Shown here: in pieces, positions 50,259-59,108 of the stretch
How the letters are laid out: each line of letters begins with the position of its first letter
Numbering within the stretch: the stretch's first letter is position 1
The notes under the pieces: model-generated
What the model saw: only the letters and a program-made list of their open reading frames with translations
What the model was told of the DNA's origin: nothing
Database searches by the model: none
Program-made: the position numbers and the translations under genes
IMG/VR virus record: IMGVR_UViG_2857349434_000001
Location: 1-64,000 of that record
DNA length: 64,000 nucleotides
From: a virus
Taxonomy: Duplodnaviria > Heunggongvirae > Uroviricota > Caudoviricetes
Strand: one strand, 5' to 3'

Positions 50259-53200
50259 TGAAGCCCTTTTCCGGGAGCGGCGGTTCCAGCCCCAGCAACG
50301 CCAAGGACAGCTACTTCACCGATGACGTCATCGAGCTGGTCCTGGCTATCTCGGAGGGCCCGATCAAAGGCCTTAAGGGCGACACGGCCAAGAATTTCTA
50401 CGTCGGTGACACGCCGCTCCTGAACTCCAACGGCAAGACCAACTTCAAGGATTTCGAGCTCGACGTGAATGTCGGGTCGGATCTCGGCGAGCTGATTATC
50501 CCGACCCTGGGCGGTCAGGCGTCCAGCACGACCGTCCAGAGCACGTTGTCGCAGAGCATCCCCGTCGTGCGTCAAGGCTCCCATGTCGACATCGACTGGA
50601 TCGAGGTGCGGCTGGTCATCAACCAGCTGGTCCACAACAGCGACGACGGCGCGAAGGGCCGCGACCTCGATCTGAAGATCGAGATCAAGCCCTCCAGCAG
50701 CCCGACCTGGGTGCCGGCGGTGCTCTACGCAGACATGGGGACGACGACCCAGAAGGACGGAAGCGGCCTGAAGGTCATCCAGCGCGACGACATCGAGTCC
50801 GCGATGACCGCAGCGCGCACCCAGGTGATTTGGGATCAGACTGCGCAGCCAAACCCGACCTCCGCGGAGCGCGCCCTCGGCGGCGCCTACGGCAACCGCG
50901 TCTGGTGGATCGACAGCGTTCACGACGACTTCACGCCCAAATTCTATCAGGACAACGCCTGGTTCCAGCCGGACGGCCTGACGACGGCTGGCATCCCGGG
51001 CCGCATGTCGGCGACGTTCGAGGACTCGAACTACATAGCGCTCATCGATCCTGCCAGGACCGACATCAAGCGCACGATCTTCTTCTACGAGACCGGCACG
51101 CCGGTCGGCCCGCGCGTAGGCGACCTCTGGCTCAACCCTGGCACCACGGTCCTGCTGTGGTTCAATGGTGCAGCCTGGGTGAGCTCGATCACGGCAGAAG
51201 CCGGCGCTTACGACCCCACGGCCGGCAACAAGGTCATCTCGCCGGTTGGTTGGCTGCACCTCCACGAGAAGATCACCTCCAATGCTGTGCGCGAGGTGCG
51301 GATCAAGGTCGACCGGATCGGCGATACCTATGATCTACGCGTCACCAAGCTCACGGCCGACAGCGATAGCTTCGCGGACGACCGCACCGACGTGTCGTGG
51401 GAGAGCTTCCAGGAGATCAAGGCTGAGCCGATGCGGTTCCCGCACCTGGCCACCGCGCGCCTCAAGGGACGCGCCAGCGATCAGTTCTCCAGCCTACCTA
51501 CCTTCCAGGGCGTCTATGAGGGCCGAACGGTCAAGGTGCCGTCGAACTACGATCCGGTCACCCGCAACTACACAGGCGTCTGGGACGGCACCTGGAAGCA
51601 GGCCTACACCAACAATCCTGCCTACATCGGCTACGATCTGGTCGAGAACGACCGTTACGGCATGAGCTCGACCTATCCGATCACGCTCGACCCCTTCGAC
51701 GTGTTCGAAGCCGGTCAGTGGTGCGACCGCAAGCTGCCAAGCGGCAAGCCCCAGTTCACCTTCAACATGCTGGTCAAGGATGCCCAGTCGCCGCGGGAGC
51801 TGGCCACCTACATCTTCGGCACCTTCGGCGGCCGGTTCTTCGACGACGGCAACGGCTATGGCCGCATCCGCCTGGACAACGGCGAGGCGCCGGCCGTCCA
51901 CTTGTTCACGAAGGAGAACGTCAAGAGCGGGATCTTCAAATACTCCTACACTGAGATCGAAAGCCGGATCAACGACTACACGGTCTCCTTCAAAAACCCG
52001 GACCTGTTTTACGCCGAGGACCGCCGGCGGGTTTACGATCAGCCCGCGATCGACACCTACGGGCGCGCGCCGGACGACTTCGTGGCGGTGGGCTGCAACA
52101 ACGCCGACGAGGCGGTCTACCGCGCGACGGTGAAGCTGCTGACGGATCAGACCGAGATCGAGACCGTCACCTTTGAGACCGCGCGTGAAGGCCTCTATCT
52201 CGAGCCCTACGAGATTATCCTCGTGTCGGACGACACGATGGACGACGTCATCACCGGCCGCATCAAGAGCACCGATGGCGCGCACCTCATCTTCCTGCGC
52301 GACAACGTGTACCTGGAGGACGGTTTCGACCATGAGATCGTCATCAACCTCGATCAGTTCGAGCTCGCCACCCTGTCGATCGACGCGGCGTCGGTTGGTA
52401 GGCCTACGAAGGTCCTGAAGGTCGTCGAGCAGCTGCCGGCCGGCATCCCCGCCCAAGCCGTCTTCTCTATCGGTCAGGCCGCCAAGGCTTACCGTGTGCT
52501 GACGATCGGCGAGGGCGGCGAAGGCGATGGCGACCAAGAGAGTGTCACGATCAGCGCGATCGAGGTCAACCGCACGAAGTATGCGACCGCTGCGGAGTCT
52601 CCCGGCTCGGTCATCATCGAGATCCCCGAGTTCCCGACCGATCTCTCAGTCGTGTCGAACGCACGCATCACGCCCTTCACTGAGGTGCGCAGCGGGCGCC
52701 CGGTTCAGAACCTGCGGGTCGAGTGGGACCCGCACCCGAACAAATTCGTCCGATCCTATTCGATCAACAGCCGCTTCAACGACGACCAGTGGCAGTTCAA
52801 CGGCGAGGTGAAAGGCCCTCGGTTCGAGCTCTACGACGTCAAGCAGGGCCGCTACATCTTCTCGATCCAGGCGCTGGCCCTGACCGGCCAGAAGTCGGTC
52901 GTCGCCTATGTCGACATCGACCTGAGCGGCGCCGTGCGCGTAGTCGCCCCGATCAAGAACCTGGCCCTGGTCAACCAGTCAGGTGTGAACGGCTCCATCC
53001 ATCTCTTCGACGACGTTCACGCCGATCTGGCTTGGGAGCCTGGCGAGGAAGATCCAGCGCTGTCTTCCTACCTGGTCAAGATCTTCAACGACGGCGAGGG
53101 TCTGCTGCGGACGACTTTCGTCGGCGTGCCGTCCTTCTCCTACAGCTCGTCCATGATCCGCACCGACGCGGCGACCCGCCAGCTGCGCGTCGAGATCACC

Positions 53201-55177
53201 GCCTTCGACATCTTCGGCAACGCATCGGCACCGGTGTCGATGTTCATCAAGAACCCGGCACCGGCGGCGCCCGTGGTTGCGGCTGACCGCGGTTTCGGCT
53301 CCGTCTCCTTCTCCTGGCCAATCGCCGGCCTGATCGACTATGCCGGCGCGCTGCTGTGGCTGTCGCCGACTCCTGGCATTGACCCGACCTCGCGCGCGCC
53401 GGACATGGACATCAACAGCAACACGGTCTCAGTGGCCGTGGAGAGCATGAGCGTCTGCTACGCGGTGGTCGCCCTCTACGACACGCTGGGCAAGGCCGAG
53501 CTGAACTACAGCCAGGAGGTGTTCGCGCAGTCCTACCAGACCGTTGACACCGAGCCGCCGGAGACGCCGGCCGGCTTGGGGCTGTCCACACGGCTCGAGA
53601 CTGTGGATGGGGTTGTCCAGCGCATGATCCTGACGGCTGTCCTGGGCGCGGCGGCCGACGAGGACTTCGCCTACTTCGATTTCGAGATCAAGCAGAACGA
53701 CGGCAACTGGGTCAGCTTCACGTCCAGCACCCCGACGTTCGAGTGGACCGTGCTGCCGCTCCAGACCTATGCGGTGCGCGCCTCGGCGGTGGACCAGATG
53801 GGCAACCGCTCGCCGATGACGGCCGAGCAGAGCCTGGTGACGCCGGAGTGCCCTGAGCTCGCCGATTTGATCAACGGCGGGTCGGTCTCGATCGAGGCCG
53901 GCAAGATCCGTGTCCAGGGCAGCACCATGCTGTCGGACTGGCGCAACCCGGGCGACCTGACGACGATCAACGGCAACAAGTTGGGCACCGGGACCGTGAC
54001 CGCCGACAAGGCCATCTTCGGCCAGCGTGGTGTCCAGGTCGAGGACATCGTCTTCGACTACAACAACCCCTCCGCAAACAAGGTCTCCTGGACCAGTGGT
54101 GTCGTGCGATATACCGGCGACGACGGCAACACGGCCACCCGCACGATCGCAGCCGGCAACGCCACCTGGACGACCGGCACGCTCTTCATCTGCTACACGA
54201 AGAACGCCACTGTGCTGACGGCCACGACCGACCCGCTGGTGGCTTTCGACCACGATGCAATCGTGGTGGCGACCTACAAGGGCGACAAGGCTCTCGACGG
54301 CTCCTACGGGCGCACGATTATCGACGGTGGCCAACTGAAGACCGGCACGGTGATCGCCGACCAGGCCCGGGCCAATTCGATCGACGCCAACGCCATCCAG
54401 TCCGACGCCATCCAGTCGCGCCATGTCGCGGCCGGCTCGATCACCGCCGACAAGATCACGGTCGGCAACGGTGGCAACTGGTTGGACAACGCGGACCTGA
54501 GCGCCGGCCTCAACTACTGGCTTCTGGGCAGGAGCAGCGTGAATGTCCAGGCGCTTATCCGCAACGACATCTACGCCCCGGTTGGCGGCTGTCTGCAGGT
54601 CGCCGAGACAGCGGCGTCCGCGCCGGCTGACTATGGCTATTTCATCTGTGCTGATGCGCTCGGCGCGCAACGCTATTTCCCGGTTATCCCCGGTCAGAAA
54701 TATCAGTTCTCGGTCTACGCCTACATGCTCAACGCTCCGTCGTTCGGCATGATCCGCTGGTATGACTCGGCAGGCGCGATCGTCGCGGACTCTGGCCTGC
54801 CGAACATCGCAGCCCAGAACGGCAATCCCAACTACAACCTGGGCAACTACGCCCGGCCGTTCGTCATTGCGGCCTGTCCGGCGGGCGCCGTGCGCGCGTC
54901 GGTGATCTTCGGCATCCAGGCCAAGACGACCGCTGCCGGCACAGCAGCCTACGGCTTCTTCGTGCGCCCGTTCTTCGGTGAGGCCACACCTTACCAGACG
55001 CAGCCGTCACCCTGGAGCTCAGGTGGTGCAACGGCGATCGCAGGTGGCTCGATCAAGACCAACAATCTGGCAGCGATCTCGGCCGATCTCGGCGACATCC
55101 GTGCCGGCACGGTTGGGTCCCCCGATGGCAAGTTCCTGATCACCCTCACGCAGGGCAAGTTGGAGTGGTTCGAATGA
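50258..55177 (+). CDS. host specificity / central tail fibre protein (lambda J-like)
   Basis: About 1640 aa after the I-like gene; start trimmed to the Met that overlaps the upstream stop (TAATG). Confidence 0.75.
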   Translation: MKPFSGSGGSSPSNAKDSYFTDDVIELVLAISEGPIKGLKGDTAKNFYVGDTPLLNSNGKTNFKDFELDVNVGSDLGELIIPTLGGQASSTTVQSTLSQSIPVVRQGSHVDIDWIEVRLVINQLVHNSDDGAKGRDLDLKIEIKPSSSPTWVPAVLYADMGTTTQKDGSGLKVIQRDDIESAMTAARTQVIWDQTAQPNPTSAERALGGAYGNRVWWIDSVHDDFTPKFYQDNAWFQPDGLTTAGIPGRMSATFEDSNYIALIDPARTDIKRTIFFYETGTPVGPRVGDLWLNPGTTVLLWFNGAAWVSSITAEAGAYDPTAGNKVISPVGWLHLHEKITSNAVREVRIKVDRIGDTYDLRVTKLTADSDSFADDRTDVSWESFQEIKAEPMRFPHLATARLKGRASDQFSSLPTFQGVYEGRTVKVPSNYDPVTRNYTGVWDGTWKQAYTNNPAYIGYDLVENDRYGMSSTYPITLDPFDVFEAGQWCDRKLPSGKPQFTFNMLVKDAQSPRELATYIFGTFGGRFFDDGNGYGRIRLDNGEAPAVHLFTKENVKSGIFKYSYTEIESRINDYTVSFKNPDLFYAEDRRRVYDQPAIDTYGRAPDDFVAVGCNNADEAVYRATVKLLTDQTEIETVTFETAREGLYLEPYEIILVSDDTMDDVITGRIKSTDGAHLIFLRDNVYLEDGFDHEIVINLDQFELATLSIDAASVGRPTKVLKVVEQLPAGIPAQAVFSIGQAAKAYRVLTIGEGGEGDGDQESVTISAIEVNRTKYATAAESPGSVIIEIPEFPTDLSVVSNARITPFTEVRSGRPVQNLRVEWDPHPNKFVRSYSINSRFNDDQWQFNGEVKGPRFELYDVKQGRYIFSIQALALTGQKSVVAYVDIDLSGAVRVVAPIKNLALVNQSGVNGSIHLFDDVHADLAWEPGEEDPALSSYLVKIFNDGEGLLRTTFVGVPSFSYSSSMIRTDAATRQLRVEITAFDIFGNASAPVSMFIKNPAPAAPVVAADRGFGSVSFSWPIAGLIDYAGALLWLSPTPGIDPTSRAPDMDINSNTVSVAVESMSVCYAVVALYDTLGKAELNYSQEVFAQSYQTVDTEPPETPAGLGLSTRLETVDGVVQRMILTAVLGAAADEDFAYFDFEIKQNDGNWVSFTSSTPTFEWTVLPLQTYAVRASAVDQMGNRSPMTAEQSLVTPECPELADLINGGSVSIEAGKIRVQGSTMLSDWRNPGDLTTINGNKLGTGTVTADKAIFGQRGVQVEDIVFDYNNPSANKVSWTSGVVRYTGDDGNTATRTIAAGNATWTTGTLFICYTKNATVLTATTDPLVAFDHDAIVVATYKGDKALDGSYGRTIIDGGQLKTGTVIADQARANSIDANAIQSDAIQSRHVAAGSITADKITVGNGGNWLDNADLSAGLNYWLLGRSSVNVQALIRNDIYAPVGGCLQVAETAASAPADYGYFICADALGAQRYFPVIPGQKYQFSVYAYMLNAPSFGMIRWYDSAGAIVADSGLPNIAAQNGNPNYNLGNYARPFVIAACPAGAVRASVIFGIQAKTTAAGTAAYGFFVRPFFGEATPYQTQPSPWSSGGATAIAGGSIKTNNLAAISADLGDIRAGTVGSPDGKFLITLTQGKLEWFE

Positions 55178-55596
55178 GCAACTGTCGCGGCTATCTCAAG
55201 GACGTCGATGGTGTGAAGCGTATGCGGCTGGTGAAACCCGGCTATGACGCCAATGACGAGAACGTCCCTGGCAACAAGGTCATCTTCGACAGCAAGGATC
55301 TCGGCGTCATGACGATCCTGGAGGTTGGGGAATACCACTGGACGAACGTCAAAGACTCCGGCGGTCTCGTCCGGGTCCGCAGTTGGGACTACGGCTTCGT
55401 GCCGTTGTGCGTGTTCCAGTGGCAAATCAACACGCAACCCTATTGGTCGAACCACGCTGTCGGTGAGGAGGCTGGAGCTGACCAGCTGGTGAAGGTCGCT
55501 CTCGACGGGATCTACGTCAGCATGATCTGGAGCTACTTCACCGTCTATCCAAACATCGGCCTACGCTGGCAAGCTTTCAGGATGCCCGCAATATGA
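55165..55596 (+). CDS. hypothetical protein (143 aa), paralog 1 of 3
   Basis: Shares the N-terminal motif R.(V/S)KPGYD(A/V)(N/D)... with the next two genes. Confidence 0.5.
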   Translation: MVRMSNCRGYLKDVDGVKRMRLVKPGYDANDENVPGNKVIFDSKDLGVMTILEVGEYHWTNVKDSGGLVRVRSWDYGFVPLCVFQWQINTQPYWSNHAVGEEAGADQLVKVALDGIYVSMIWSYFTVYPNIGLRWQAFRMPAI

Positions 55597-56048
55597 TCAA
55601 GCGAGGCATCTTCCAGCTAACTGGGGCAGAACCCAAGCTTCGGATTTCGAAGCCTGGTATCGACGTCGACACGGCGGGGCCAACAGATTTCCTGCTCCAT
55701 GAGGATTTTCTCTACACACAACCGTATTTCGCGCAGTTCGTCGCTTGTCCATTCGCCGGTCGGACGACCACGGGCTATGTCGAAGCCGCGGTGCCCGTGG
55801 CTATTCCAAATGTGACCTCCGATCCGCTGATCAACGTTTGGATCGTGCAGAGCGATGGTCCGATTTCCTATCCATGCCAACGCGGTCAGGGTTCCGGCAA
55901 CAGCGGAAGCGGCTTCAACATCGACGCCTACTATGTTCGATACAAGGTCGACAGTGGAACCCAGGTAACGGTCTGGTTCATGAAGCCCGACACGAGCAAA
56001 AAGTCGCCCCAGGGGGCATACCTCATGTGCTTTAGGAAGCCTCAATAA
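55593..56048 (+). CDS. hypothetical protein (151 aa), paralog 2 of 3
   Basis: KLRISKPGIDVDTAGPTDF. Confidence 0.5.
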   Translation: MIKRGIFQLTGAEPKLRISKPGIDVDTAGPTDFLLHEDFLYTQPYFAQFVACPFAGRTTTGYVEAAVPVAIPNVTSDPLINVWIVQSDGPISYPCQRGQGSGNSGSGFNIDAYYVRYKVDSGTQVTVWFMKPDTSKKSPQGAYLMCFRKPQ

Positions 56049-56494
56049 TGCCAAGAGCAAGAATTAGCGCCCAAGGACTGGAAATTGCAAAGCAGGGCTA
56101 TGACGTTGACACGGCAGCACCCGAGAATATGGCGTTCGACAAGAATTACGTCGCGTTGCGCCTTGCCTATACCGGCGTTCTGACGGTCGTGAACTTCTCA
56201 GGCTTCATGTCGGACAAATATCGACAGGCCATTTTTGTCTTCCCCACGCCGTTCCTAAAGCCCCCACTGTGCATGGTTGCGGGCCAGCGCTCTGACGGGG
56301 CAACGGACCAGACAACTTTTCTTGGCATTGCAGCTTCGGACCAGAGCAACATGGCTTGGCACGAGCCGGTCTACCAAATCATCACGACCACCACCCAGAT
56401 GGAGCTCTACGTCAGCAAGACCAGCTGGGGGAATAACGCGAGCCGTACCGTCAACTGGCGCTACTGGGTATTCCGCAACACGCTGGAGGACTGA
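56048..56494 (+). CDS. hypothetical protein (148 aa), paralog 3 of 3
   Basis: IAKQGYDVDTAAPENMAFDKNY. Confidence 0.5.
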   Translation: MPRARISAQGLEIAKQGYDVDTAAPENMAFDKNYVALRLAYTGVLTVVNFSGFMSDKYRQAIFVFPTPFLKPPLCMVAGQRSDGATDQTTFLGIAASDQSNMAWHEPVYQIITTTTQMELYVSKTSWGNNASRTVNWRYWVFRNTLED

Positions 56495-56496
56495 CC

Positions 56497-56673
56497 ATGA
56501 AGCGCAACAAAGGCATCATCGCCTATGGCACCGACGAGGACCGCGCCAAGCTCGCGGTGCTCTCCACCCTGACTGGCAAAACAGCGTCCGACTGGATCGT
56601 CCAGGAGATCCGCCGGCAGTATGCCACAGCCTTCGGTGACACGCCCCCAGAACGCATCATAGCGCAGCACTAG
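56497..56673 (+). CDS. small RHH-like protein (58 aa), absent from the ORF track
   Basis: MKRNKGIIAYGTDEDRAKLAVLSTLTGKTASDWIVQEIRRQY gives a beta-strand plus two helices. Confidence 0.45.
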   Translation: MKRNKGIIAYGTDEDRAKLAVLSTLTGKTASDWIVQEIRRQYATAFGDTPPERIIAQH

Positions 56674-56725
56674 CTCTGAACAAAAACTCGTTGGACGTCT
56701 TATATTGCCAGGAGGTTTCCAGGGG

Positions 56726-57076
56726 ATGTTTATGTCCGAACAAGAGCTCAAAGGCGTCGTTATCAACGGCAAGGTTATCTCGGCCGTTGTTGGCTGTGTC
56801 GCCATCATCACGGCGCTCTTTAGTTCAATCGGATACGTGACCTATCAAGGGTTCGAGCTGACCCAGGCGAAGGAAGACATCCAGAAACTCGAGACCAAGG
56901 TCGACACGCAGGTCGCGCAGCTCAAGGCCCAGATCGACTCTTCGAACCAGCAGAGCCGCCAGGACTTCAAAATGATCCTGGACAAGGTCGACGCGCTGAC
57001 CGGCGAGGTAACAAAATTGACGATCGCCGTGGGAAACGTCCAGTACAAGCAGGACAACACGCCGCTCCGGCAGTGA
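56726..57076 (+). CDS. single-TM plus coiled-coil protein (117 aa)
   Basis: GGAGG RBS; hydrophobic VISAVVGCVAIITALFSSIGYV segment followed by a heptad-like region. Confidence 0.5.
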   Translation: MFMSEQELKGVVINGKVISAVVGCVAIITALFSSIGYVTYQGFELTQAKEDIQKLETKVDTQVAQLKAQIDSSNQQSRQDFKMILDKVDALTGEVTKLTIAVGNVQYKQDNTPLRQ

Positions 57077-57133
57077 TGCACAGTGCAGCATGGCTGGCCG
57101 AACAACGGCCAGCCACGGCCCCATATACGGGCC

Positions 57134-57367
57134 ATGATGAAGTGGCTACACCCCGACTGGAAGAAGAAGCTTAGGCACGCCTGGAGCGTGCGCTTCCTGG
57201 CGCTCGCCGCCCTGCTGGCGGCCATGCAGGCGATGCTGCCGTACCTGCCGGCCTTCCTGACGCTCTCGCCCCAGGTGACAGGCGTCGTGACGGGCCTTGT
57301 CGTGTTCGGCGCCTTCATCAGCAACGTCTTTGTCAGCCAGAAGGTCTTCCGCAATGACCAGAATTAG
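57134..57367 (+). CDS. holin candidate (77 aa, two TM segments)
   Basis: Trimmed to Met18; VRFLALAALLAAMQAML and VVTGLVVFGAFISNVFV; lies immediately upstream of the endolysin. Confidence 0.55.
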   Translation: MMKWLHPDWKKKLRHAWSVRFLALAALLAAMQAMLPYLPAFLTLSPQVTGVVTGLVVFGAFISNVFVSQKVFRNDQN

Positions 57368-58067
57368 CATCGCGCCCTCAAAGCGGGGCGCGCAGGCCGT
57401 CATCGGGGCGCTCGCCTTCGCCGCCGCCTCCGGCTGGACCTACTGGCAGCAGCCGGCTCCGCTTCCCGACCAGCCCAAGCCCATCGTGCAGATGGTCCGG
57501 CCGGCCGTCGTGGCGCCGGCGCTCACGCCCGAGAAGCTCATCCGCCAGCAGATCGCCGCGGGCAAGATCCCTCCGGCTGTGCGCCTGGCCGTCGACCACC
57601 TGATCATCCCCTGGGAGGGCCTGGTGCTGAAGTCGCACTGGGACAAGTTCTCGAAGCGCTACGACATCTGCTACGGCGACACGCTGATCGACGGCAAGCC
57701 CGTCAAGCCTGGTATGGTCGTCACCAAGGCCTACTGCGATGCGCTGCTGATCAAGCGGGTCATCGCCGACTATTACCTCCCGCTGGTCGACGGCGTGAAG
57801 GGCTACGCCATTGCGCCGGACTCGGTCCAGGCCTCCATGCTCTCGGGCGCCTACAATTTCGGCGTCGGCCGGCAGAAGAAGTCGACGACCTCGAAATTCG
57901 TCGGCACGCGTGAATACGCCAAGGCCTGCGCGGCCCAGCTCGTCTTCATCAAGTCCGGCGGCCACGAGGTTCAGGGGCTGAAGAACCGCCGTGGCATGGG
58001 CGACAAGCAGCGCAAGGGTGAGGGCGAGATCTGCCTGAGCGGCCTGCCCCAGAAGGGTAAGCGCTGA
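57354..58067 (+). CDS. GH24 lysozyme-type endolysin with an N-terminal signal-anchor (SAR-like)
   Basis: EGLVLKSHWDKFSKRYDICYGDTLIDG parallels the T4/lambda lysozyme E...D...T core; the N-terminal AQAVIGALAFAAASGW acts as the signal-anchor. Confidence 0.7.
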   Translation: MTRISIAPSKRGAQAVIGALAFAAASGWTYWQQPAPLPDQPKPIVQMVRPAVVAPALTPEKLIRQQIAAGKIPPAVRLAVDHLIIPWEGLVLKSHWDKFSKRYDICYGDTLIDGKPVKPGMVVTKAYCDALLIKRVIADYYLPLVDGVKGYAIAPDSVQASMLSGAYNFGVGRQKKSTTSKFVGTREYAKACAAQLVFIKSGGHEVQGLKNRRGMGDKQRKGEGEICLSGLPQKGKR

Positions 58068-58165
58068 TGGAACCGATCCTCGAAGCCCTGATCAATGAAT
58101 ACGGCCCAGGGCTCCTGCTCTGCGCCGTCCTCGCCCTCTCTGTAATCATCGCGCTGGTGATCTGA
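58067..58165 (+). CDS. 32-aa hydrophobic peptide between the endolysin and the spanins
   Basis: MEPILEALINEYGPGLLLCAVLALSVIIALVI; tgATG coupling on both sides. Confidence 0.35.
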   Translation: MEPILEALINEYGPGLLLCAVLALSVIIALVI

Positions 58166-58479
58166 TGCCACCCTGGTTGTCCCTTCTGCTCCTCCGCGCC
58201 GCCATCGTGATTGGCGTGTTCCTGGCCGGCTTCGGCTACGGCTGGATGAAATACGAGAACGCGGCCGAGGTGGCCTCGCTCAAGAAGCAGGTGACCCAGC
58301 TGCAGACCAACGTCGCGATCTTGGAGGCCGACTCCAGCCAGGCTGTGGCTGACGCCGGCAAGCTCGCCCAATACGAAAAGAACGCAAAGGAGCAACGGGA
58401 TGCGATCGTTCCGAAGAAGCGCACTCTCTGTTTTGACGGTGATGATGCTGGCCGGGTGCGCAACCTCTGGAAAGGTTGA
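58165..58479 (+). CDS. i-spanin (Rz-like)
   Basis: N-terminal TM segment plus a coiled coil; contains an embedded or overlapping lipoprotein gene. Confidence 0.6.
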   Translation: MPPWLSLLLLRAAIVIGVFLAGFGYGWMKYENAAEVASLKKQVTQLQTNVAILEADSSQAVADAGKLAQYEKNAKEQRDAIVPKKRTLCFDGDDAGRVRNLWKG

Positions 58480-58711
58480 GCTGCCTCCACTCCCGGAGGA
58501 TCTCCGTGTCTGCTTCGAGAAGATGGTCGGGCCTTTCCCGGAGGGCAAGCCGATCGATGACTTGATGGTATTCGACAAGCTCGACGAGTTCATCAAGTCC
58601 GACAGGACGAAGACGGCCTGCGGTAAGCGACTGATCGCCATCTTCGACGCGGCTGGTGACCCGAAGGCCCTGGCTAAGTTGTTGCGTTCGAGCAAGGCTC
58701 GCACTAAGTAG
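58400..58711 (+). CDS. o-spanin (Rz1-like lipoprotein) overlapping the 3' end of the i-spanin gene in another frame
   Basis: MRSFRRSALSVLTVMMLAGCATSG gives a lipobox. Confidence 0.6.
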   Translation: MRSFRRSALSVLTVMMLAGCATSGKVELPPLPEDLRVCFEKMVGPFPEGKPIDDLMVFDKLDEFIKSDRTKTACGKRLIAIFDAAGDPKALAKLLRSSKARTK

Positions 58712-58738
58712 GTCTTCCTATAGTAATAGGGGGTCTAT

Positions 58739-59056
58739 TTGAGAAAGCTAATATACTTGGCGCTTATGTGCGTCTTTGCTTCGCCCGCGGGCGCCGTGTC
58801 ACGACTTGACGGCTGGGTGGAGCAGGCCTCGAACGTCCGCTACTTCGACGTGGACGAGAGCGACCCCGAGAAGGTGCTCGTGTTCGCCATCTGGTACAAC
58901 GACGACGAGGCCAAATTCAGCGCGCAGCGTGTGTGCGCCCTGGACGAGAAGATCTCGACGGTCTGGTGGGGAGATCTGGGCTCCTACAACGAGCACCACG
59001 GCAACGTTCGCGCAGCTGCGCGCGACAGCTTCTACGATTGCAAAAAGGGCCGCTGA
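58739..59056 (+). CDS. secreted hypothetical protein (105 aa) with a signal peptide
   Basis: MRKLIYLALMCVFASPAGA then a soluble domain; end-of-genome moron position. Confidence 0.5.
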   Translation: MRKLIYLALMCVFASPAGAVSRLDGWVEQASNVRYFDVDESDPEKVLVFAIWYNDDEAKFSAQRVCALDEKISTVWWGDLGSYNEHHGNVRAAARDSFYDCKKGR

Positions 59057-59066
59057 CGCGGCCCTT
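59040..59066. terminator. convergent (bidirectional) terminator hairpin between the secreted-protein gene and the ribonucleotide reductase gene
   Basis: AAGGGCCGC-TGAC-GCGGCCCTT; on the minus strand it is followed by UUUUUGC; the + stop codon lies in the loop. Confidence 0.55.
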
Positions 59067-59108
59067 ATACGCTTCCCCGTATAAACGAGGCTTATACGCG
59101 AACGCGTA

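Noticed and set aside
50126-54670. Several 350-410-aa minus-strand ORFs inside the J-like gene, and a 507-aa plus-strand ORF (59154..60677) inside the ribonucleotide reductase gene
   Set aside because: Shadow frames with Arg/Gly/Asp/Val composition. The opposite strands encode single long proteins that have family motifs.
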